Of a stretch of DNA of 64,000 nucleotides, positions 55,465 to 64,000 are shown in pieces. The stretch's first letter is position 1; each line of letters starts with the position of its first letter. Source of the DNA: Chrysomallon squamiferum (Eukaryota; Animalia; Mollusca); NCBI GenBank assembly GCA_012295275.1, contig CM022666.1, positions 12,524,001 to 12,588,000 on the forward strand, written 5' to 3'. The position numbers and the translations under genes were made by a program. The notes under the pieces were generated by a model. That model was given only the letters and a program-made list of their open reading frames with translations, was not told where the DNA came from and did not search any database.

Positions 55465-56648
55465 TGTTAAATTTTTAATTTTAGACACGAGTCAGAAACA
55501 TTTTAAATTTTAAAATTATAAACAAAATTTTATATTGTGTTCAATTTTAAAGTTCTGTGGCATTATTTAATAAACTGTTAAACTTTAATATTCTAAGACT
55601 GAACTGGATATATTGTTACTTTTTAAAATTCTAAGATTAAATTGGATATACTTCTAAATTTAAAAACGCTCTGCCTAAAATTATATTTCCAGTCTTCTGA
55701 TATTTCTCTTTATTTTGTCTTTTGTAAAATCCTTGACACACCTAAAAGTACAAAACTCGTTTGTCTTAAAATGCTATAACATAGCATATTATGACCTTAT
55801 ATCATGCTGTGTTTAAAGGAAGGAATCTTATACGTGTGTTGTTGTTGTTTTTTTGATTGCCATTGGTTATTATTAGCAGACGTACGTTATTCCACAGACG
55901 CTAAAAAGACACCACACAAAACACCTAAGTCTCTCGAGTATCTGCAACAACAGGCAAATTACAACACAGTTTATGCAACTTACTATTGAATAGTTATCCA
56001 AAGAAACCAAATATCCTTCATAACATGATTCTGCTGTCCAGAGATTTATGTACAAGTTCGCAGAGATGATCATATCCCTGAATTAAACATTCGGACTAGA
56101 AATTAACTACAGTTAAACCAAAACATTCTGGATACAGTTACAATATTCGTGGTGTTTGACGTCTGAAAACGCGATTCACTATTTTTATTTATTTAAAAAA
56201 TAAAAAAATACCTTTTTCAGCTTATAATAAATACCTTACCTTCTTCAGAAAATTAATCTTTTATGAATCAAACCACAAAATTAGCTGCTAATTATTTATC
56301 GGCTGCCCATAGGAAAAACAATCATATAATTATATAGAGCTGTGTCTGTACATCTCTGGTAGATAAACACAGTGGATCGATTTAATTAACTTTCTTTCTC
56401 TTTCTCATGCTTTTTACATTGATTTACAACTTCTTTAATAATTAAACAACAGTGATATAAAATTCACGGAGGAAAACACCTTTAATTAGCACTTCACAAC
56501 GTCTAATGAGCATGATAGTATTGCAGTAAACACATCCTGGTTTCTACATCTGTTTCGTGTATTTCAATCTTTAACGAGAGACACGGTGCTTATGTCCAGC
56601 TACTCAGTCTGTCTAGACTTTTGACAAAATAAATTAATTATTAATTAA

Positions 56649-57575
56649 TATTATCTATGATATCCTGCAATCACTTAGTGGACTGTGTGGTAAGATATGA
56701 TGACTTGTCATATAATTTATTTTGATTATTTACATATACACATATGTATACATACAAATAAAGATAAAAGTGATTTCAGATTGATAGTTTATTGACACAA
56801 ACACACACTCACAAACACATACATACACATACACACACATACAGATATATATAATGTACAGATACATATATTTTAAACTTACAGATGGGTGGGTTTATTT
56901 TCTGTTTTTTCTTTACTCAAGTATATTATGTATTATAAATATGACGGTGTATTTAAAATGAGGAGGGAACACAAGCTTCAAATTTCAGTCTTTTGTATTT
57001 ACTGACTGAGTCAGATATCAAATGAACTGACATTGTTCTCGACAATAAAATAAATAGCTTGAACAGTAACTGATATATCAGGTGTCAGCAAAATATTTTA
57101 GACCGACTTGGACACCGAACTTTATGTTAATGTCTTTGTTTTTTCTTTAAACCACCAGACCAAAGCAGTCTTGCTTCACATGATCGCTTTTTAGTGTTCA
57201 ATATTGAAGACAGAATTGAAAGCGATGTAAATATATCAGTGTGTGTGTGTGTGAGCGTGCGTGTGTGTGTGTTTATTAAAAGCAACATAATCATTCATTA
57301 TACAATGGTTATTTTAGTACAGTGTTATCATATATCACAGTTGATGAAGTGTTGATACTTGCAGCTCAACATATCTCTGATGATTTATCAGCTTTATAAA
57401 TTTTAGATGTGAAATCAAAAGAATTTGCAATGACTTTGTCGACTTTGTGGCAAGATACGATAAATATGTATTTTTACGGGCACTGATAAAAAATATAACC
57501 ATATTTATTTCGATAAAAAGTCATACCGAATTTTATGTTAATGTCTTTTTTTTTTTGTTTTTCTTTAAACCACCA

Positions 57576-57669
<94 letters not shown>

Positions 57670-57780
57670 CATATATCTGTGTTAGCATGTATCAGAGAGT
57701 TTATCAAAATAATATATATGGCAAGTCATCATATCTTACCACAAAGTCCACTAAGTGACTGCAGGATATCATAGATAATA
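56649..57780. mobile_element. 1.13-kb element bounded by 66-bp inverted repeats
   Basis: 56649-56714 and 57715-57780 are reverse complements at 63/66 positions. The interior is non-coding with CA and CT microsatellites. Confidence 0.8.
57578..57665. repeat. (CT)n microsatellite
   Basis: Uninterrupted dinucleotide run. Confidence 0.97.
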
Positions 57781-58249
57781 ATAAAACACACACACACACA
57801 TACACACACACACACACACAGGTTTTAGTGTTTAACTGCTAGTTTAGATCATTTTGTAAACGGTTTTCATAGCCTTGCTGAACCGGGCCATTCTTAGTTC
57901 GCTGGATAAAGCTGTTCTCACATACAGATTCTGTTCTTATCATATTCTTTTTTCTTATCAATATATATTTTTTATTTATTTTATTTTATTTTATTTTATT
58001 TTATTTTATTTTATTTATTTATTTATTTATTAGTTCTTTTTTGGTTTTTTTAGTTTTCCTCAAATTTATAGACATATAACCCAAACTTGTATATTCAGTT
58101 AAACATGCACACACACATATATAAAAATAATAAACCTTTCTTGCACTTGTTCGATTCCTCTGGTGTGAGTTTTAAATTTACTTATTTACATGTTACAACA
58201 AGCAAACCAAAATGACAACACGTCTGGACAGCTAATCTCATTTAAACTA

Positions 58250-59050
58250 CGCTTTCTGGGAAATGCAGTAAAACATGATCGTCAATATTTCAAGCTTATG
58301 CTACATGCTTCTCGAAAATGCAATAACTACTAGGTTTTTGTTGAGTTATAAAAACGTTATTGAACAGTCGGAAGACTTAGTCAGAACTAAAAAAATTAAT
58401 TAGCAATATAAAAAAAAAAACGTAACCAGGAAAATGAAAAAGAAAATAGTAGTGTTATGACATCAGACGCTTATTTTGCTAGATTCATTTTCTAATCAAT
58501 CGAAATCACTGAATAATTTAAAGCACTCAACAGCTACCAAGCATCTGTTTTGAAACTATAATATGTAAAATATTGGTATTCACTTTTTTCATTTTGTAAG
58601 AGAAAATGAACGGCTTGTCTATTGTATAGTGCTGTAAACATATTGCGATTTCTTTAATGTATTGTAAATGTTCTGTTTTTCTTTTTTCGCTTTCGATTCC
58701 TCGAGAATAAGCTTTAAGTCGAATTTCAGTCTTTTGTATTTACTGACTGGGTAAAATGTTTTTTTCTGTATGAGTGTTAATCAGTTTCGTCAGCTAATAC
58801 TCCCATTTCAACTAAAATTTTTGGGAAATATATGAGTAACATTTCTCGGGAATTAGTCTAGTTTCAGTATTAATTTAAAGGTCAAGGACAAATGACTCAA
58901 TAAGCTGGGGAATTCCCTAATTAAACAATGTTTTCTGGGAAATCCAGTGACGCACAGATAAACAGATAATACTATGCATTTCTCGGGAATACGATAACGA
59001 ACACCTGCTGGTCTTTTCAGGTTTTGTATGAACGTTTCTCGAGAATAGAA
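58250..59050. promoter_or_regulatory. Candidate immune-responsive enhancer (STAT/NF-kB/IRF/AP-1 motif cluster)
   Basis: TTCTGGGAA 58254 and 58933; TTCTCGGGAA 58843 and 58980; TTCTCGAGAA 59036; GGGGAATTCCC 58907; TGACTCA 58893; TTTCGCTTTC 58685; GAAAATGAAA about 58430. Confidence 0.5.
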
Positions 59051-59183
59051 AAATAATCAGCTTGACATTTAAATAGCTATTGGTCACGTTCCAAAATAAC
59101 ATTATAATCTTTGCATGAAGAATGTTTATGTTGTTATACAGGCATTTGTCGAGAATAAAACAAGTAAAGAAACAGAAAGTAGA

Positions 59184-59220
<37 letters not shown>

Positions 59221-59939
59221 TAAAATATAAAAGAAAACGAAACAAAGAAAATGTAATAAAACCAAACTTCATTGTCCAGGAATCTGAGATAACAAAACAG
59301 TTGAACACAAAAACAACGGAACTCATTGGCTATAGCACCCAACAGCTGACAAGCCTTAATTTTGAATTAGTCATAAAAACTGTTATTCACATTTTCTTTA
59401 TACAAGACAAGAATATTGTTTTTTTATTCTGTGTTACGTACAGCTGTACATATATTGTGATTTAACTGTATTTCTTTAACGATTTATAATGTTTCATGGG
59501 TATTTTTCTTTCAAAACAAAATTGTAATTAAAAACACGAGAAAATACAGGGTGTCAAGGGAGTAACAACCATTGAAGTGAAAACTTTCTGTCTGAAATTT
59601 GTTTCATGACAAACAGAATAAAATGTTGATGGTAGAATGATAGTGAAGAAAATTAAAATATATATATATATATATTTTTTTTTATCTTTCACACGTATCA
59701 GATACATTCACATACAAACATACATATCTATTCAGTGTCGTCAATATGTTTTCTTTAGTCAACTATATATTATGTATTATATATATGATGGTATATTCAA
59801 AATACAGTACAGATACAAGTAATGATATATACCTAGGGCTTGTTGAATTCCTCGAGAATAAGCTCTAAAATTTAGTGAGTCACAGATATCAAATGAACTG
59901 ACACGCTGATCTCGACAGCTTGAACAGTAGCTGATTTAT

Positions 59940-60010
59940 CAGGTGTCGGAAACCCTTGGCCTGCGGGGTACATCCGGCACGCGATGGATTTTAGTCCGGT
60001 CCTCCAGCTA
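59940..60010 (+). mobile_element. hAT (Charlie-like) terminal fragment
   Basis: caggtgtcggaaacccttggcctgcggggtacatccggcacgcg resembles the CAGGGGT..AAC...GGCCCGCGGG...ATCCGGCCCGC termini of hAT/Charlie MITEs. Related termini lie at about 57079, 61311 and 61534. Confidence 0.55.
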
Positions 60011-60090
60011 AACACTTGGAAACCAGTTATTACCGTAACTTCATTGTTTTTTTCTTTAAACCTCCCTTTTTGGAGCTCAATACTGAAGAT

Positions 60091-60309
<219 letters not shown>

Positions 60310-61017
60310 CGATGTAGCTCGATGTAAGTGTATATATAATGGTTTCGGTATTCAGCTATTTCGTGATCTCAGATGTGTACATAAAATCGATTCATACATA
60401 ATTAAGCATAATGGCTGTATACACAGGTAACAGTAAACAACTGCATTAGTTAAATTGTGTATATATTGTTTCAGTGCATATTGCGTTTATGACTGTACAT
60501 GTAGTTACTAACGTTTTGTAACATTAGATCAATAAAGTACACATTGCGCGTGATCCTGTGGCACCAACGACATGTAATAAATACAAAAACGAAAGAGAGA
60601 TGAGCCGAGTTCCGAAGTGTTTATGGCTGGTCAGCCAAGTGCGTTGTAGCTGATCTGTGCGTTATTTTACAGCACTCGGCTCATATCGTTACGTATTAAT
60701 GTATTTAGGTATTTTAGTTGTTGTCAAGATTATTGCCGTAATCAATTTACTCAGGATAAGACATCTTTTTCTACATATGTCCTTAATCGGTGCCTACCCA
60801 TTAATTGGAGCCGGCTGATATCATTATGTATTTTAATTAATTATCTGTCTGTTGTTAGATTGGATGGATTGTAACTTGACGACTTTGGTTGCTTTATAAC
60901 TTTGGTTGCTATAGTTAAATATATTTTATTTTAATTTGTTGATGGCATATCCAGGCGAGGCATTTTTCCCACTATGATATTATTTCTATTTCCCTCGTTT
61001 CGTTTTCTTTCACATTT

Positions 61018-61032
61018 TATTATTATTATTAC

Positions 61033-61104
<72 letters not shown>

Positions 61105-61126
61105 GTTATTGTTATTGTTATTATTA

Positions 61127-61164
<38 letters not shown>
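61018..61164. repeat. (ATT)n microsatellite
   Basis: Trinucleotide run. Similar AAT/ATT runs lie at about 37028-37100, 46208-46260, 53469-53560, 59183-59217 and 63146-63310. Confidence 0.95.
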
Positions 61165-61219
61165 TAAATCTTTTCAAATATTTGTTTCTTTCCTTTAGTT
61201 TGTTTACTGTTTTATTCAT

Positions 61220-61600
61220 GAGAAATGCTTGTATTCAAATAAAGTTTCAGTTATTAAAAGCAACATAAGCATTCATCTTACAATGGTAGTTTATTGCAAT
61301 GTAATCATATCAGGTGTCAGCAACCTTTTGCAGAGAGGGGGGCATTCAGCTGTGCGGTGTTCTGGAAGACTGCCAAGACATCAAATGTATTATACATATC
61401 ATATTAAAATATTATTTTCCTTCTTTCGGTTTGTCATTCTCGACAAATGTTTGTATTGTTATAAAGTTTTAGTTATTAAAAACAACATAAGCATTGATTA
61501 CACAATGATTATTTTAGTAGAATGTAATCGTATCTGGGGTTGGCAACCTTTCTAAAGGACCAAGATACTAAACAAGATACTAAATGTATTATACATATAG
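61220..61600 (+). repeat. Two tandem ~220-bp repeat units ending in hAT-like termini
   Basis: aaatgcttgtatt..gttattaaaagcaacataagcatt..caaccttt at about 61223-61328 repeats at about 61445-61551. A third partial copy lies at about 57273-57333. Confidence 0.75.
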
Positions 61601-61889
61601 GTCGACCACTGTGATATGAAATCAGCACAGCCTAGCCGATAAAAATTACTTTTGTCTCTCGCTAATGATTGTTAATTGCAAAGCGATTTCATTAATTGGA
61701 TCACTGCTAACTAACGGTACATATTTACTTACTTTAATGATGCATACAGGTTAATTACGAGATGTTAGACAGTATTAAAGTAAGCTATATATGTAAATAA
61801 TCAATGTTACATTTTCAAAAACTGTACTTTAATAGCACAACAGTATAAGACATTATAGTGAGTAAAAAAATAGCCAGTAACGAATTCTA

Positions 61890-62320
61890 CAAGTAGGTTT
61901 AACCTAAATTGCAACCCGCGGTTTAATAAGGATATTAGGATCAATTTTCTAACTTAAACAGAGAAAACAGTAGGTGCTACTTTGGCGTGTGATAAACGTG
62001 ATTCTGTGGTCTACACTGAGAAAAATTCTATGCGCTTTTTTAATTATTATTTTTTTTTATTCTTGTTTTTTTTTTTTTTTTTTTTTTATTATATATTTAT
62101 AATTTATCGTTGAATTGAGCTTAAAAGGTGAATAAGTTTGCTATAAACTAAAATTTCCTGTCAAATTTAAAGGAATATACAATCTTATAAACTGACATTT
62201 CCTATATCGTCGCCATTTAAGTTGTAAATGACACGCCAAAGTAGCACCAAACAGTACATCTAAATATCCTGTTAAAACTTTCCACGGCCTGTTAGGGAAT
62301 GGTTAAGGGCCTACTGCGTG
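61890..62320. repeat. Degenerate inverted repeat (MITE-like)
   Basis: ggtgctacttttggcgtgt (about 61973) pairs with acacgccaaagtagcacc (about 62231). Outer patches aggatatt/aatatcct and agtagg/cctact also pair. Confidence 0.55.
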
Positions 62321-62710
62321 AGATCAAAACGGTTTACCATCATAATTCATCATGTGGATCTAAATATAATATATTAGAAACAACAATTTTTTTTTAAAAC
62401 AATTTTGTTTGGTGAGAACAAAATTACAAATGAAAAATAAACGATTACATTATCTAAGTTTTGTTTGGAAACAGATTTTAATAAAGATCAGTCAAGGGAG
62501 AATCAGGATAATCATGTTAAAAAATTAAAAATATTTGTGTTTTTTACCAAACTCTTATCATAACAAGACCAAAGACTCTCCTTGTGATCTTGAATCTGTA
62601 TAAGTCTAAAGTTTCCATATATATAAGTATGTAAGTATATATTCTAAGGATGTCTTTGTAGATTATATTATTATTAAAAAGTCTGTTAAGTCCTGTTTTT
62701 AAAGTACTAT

Positions 62711-63142
62711 TTACCAAGCCACATTTACACCTAAAAAATGGCGCGTTGGATCAGCCATTATGTGATCAAAATGAGAGGTTTTCACGTACACCAAGTCACC
62801 AGCATTTAGAGTGAATGTTCCGCTCAGATAACTTGGGTATTCATCATACTTTCTGTAGAAGTCAGTATCACACTCAGTGAAGTTGTTGCTAAGCAACACC
62901 TCATCTTCAGCCGTTGTTGCCTTGTATCTCATCACAAGATGTTTCCAGATTTGGTTCTCGTCGTAATCTTTGTCTTTCAGTTTTTGCCAGTCAAACACCA
63001 TCTGGCTGTAGACTCGATACATTCCGTGTGTTGGTATGGTTATTTTACCATTTTCGTATTTCATCCAGTTCCGAACGATACTGCGTTTCAACTGGTCTTC
63101 ACTGTTCCAGTTTCGAATCATCCGAACTGATGTGTCATTTGC

Positions 63143-63207
<65 letters not shown>

Positions 63208-63212
63208 TGATG

Positions 63213-63274
<62 letters not shown>

Positions 63275-63589
63275 GATAATAGTGATGAAAATAATGATAA
63301 TGATAACAATAATAAGAAGATAATAACACAGTATCAATAATAATAACAATAATAATAAAGACATAATGATGATAATAGTAATAATGATAATAATATCAAA
63401 AACAACAACAATACACATACATACATGTACATAAACGTAACCATAAACATACATAGAAACACAAACATATGTACACGTCACCTCCAGAGTGCAGGTGAAT
63501 GGGTGTCATATATTTAAGACTCATCACTGGTGCTTTGTGAGGTGTGACAGGACTTTGTCATCCTCTACCAGTGCTTTTCTCACTATTGT
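62711..63589 (-). CDS. TNF superfamily ligand, last two exons (TNF homology domain); penultimate exon has an in-frame TGA; 5' exons beyond the window
   Basis: Exon 63141-62711 encodes W...MKYENGKITIPTHGMYRVYSQMVF...SYLSGTFTLNAGDLVYV...HFLG, classic TNF-domain strands. Upstream exon 63589-63482 (ttag| ... G|gtgacg) is phase 1-1. Confidence 0.9.
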
Positions 63590-63717
63590 CTAAGTGCAGA
63601 GTCACATGTACACAAGACAGAGAACAGTCATTCATAAATACATACAAATATACATACTGTTGTATACAATTGTAAATCAGCTTAACAGAATAAAACAACC
63701 ACTTAGTCCAGAAAATT

Positions 63718-63898
63718 ACACTGCCAATATGGCACCTAAAACTGGTGCAAAGTTATTAATACCCCATAATATATAGTATAACACACACACACACAAACAG
63801 ACACACAGTATAACTAACACACACACACACACTACACTGCCAATATGGCATTCACACTGGTGCAAAGTTATTAATATCCCATACTATACAGTGTCTCA

Positions 63899-63942
<44 letters not shown>
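63718..63942. repeat. Two ~115-bp tandem minisatellite units with CA tails in a TNF intron
   Basis: acactgccaatatggca..actggtgcaaagttattaata.cccata at about 63718 and 63834, each followed by (CA)n. Confidence 0.85.
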
Positions 63943-63946
<4 letters not shown>

Positions 63947-64000
63947 ACAAACAAACATACACATAAACACATTTGTACATACAAATAAAGATACAAGTGA

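Overview
AT-rich, intron-containing animal genomic DNA. It is an invertebrate and probably a mollusc, inferred from gene and repeat content. No prokaryotic, CRISPR, rRNA or tRNA features were seen. Reading splice sites by hand gave eight protein-coding loci: glycogenin (-, 3' end runs off the window), CCDC160 (+), ITM2/BRICHOS (-), an uncharacterised 36-aa tandem-repeat protein (-), ZC3H10 (-), NUFIP1 (-), an uncharacterised single-pass membrane protein (-) and the last two exons of a TNF-superfamily ligand (-). Decayed Gypsy, CR1-like, RTE-like, integrase and hAT/MITE remnants, foldback inverted repeats and microsatellites fill the gaps. The strongest observation is a symmetric 666-nt cassette exon in glycogenin. 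It lengthens the linker to the glycogen-synthase-binding motif by 222 aa and carries an FFAT-like ER-tethering motif and LIR-like motifs, suggesting a splice-switched ER-anchored glycogen primer. Also notable are a dense STAT/NF-kB/IRF/AP-1 motif cluster between the TNF gene and a candidate transmembrane adaptor, an in-frame TGA in a TNF exon, an exact 10-nt deletion in the repeat gene, a 415-bp palindrome, and gene neighbours matching the human 3q/13q14/X paralogon. All functional claims are untested inferences, and coordinates were counted manually.
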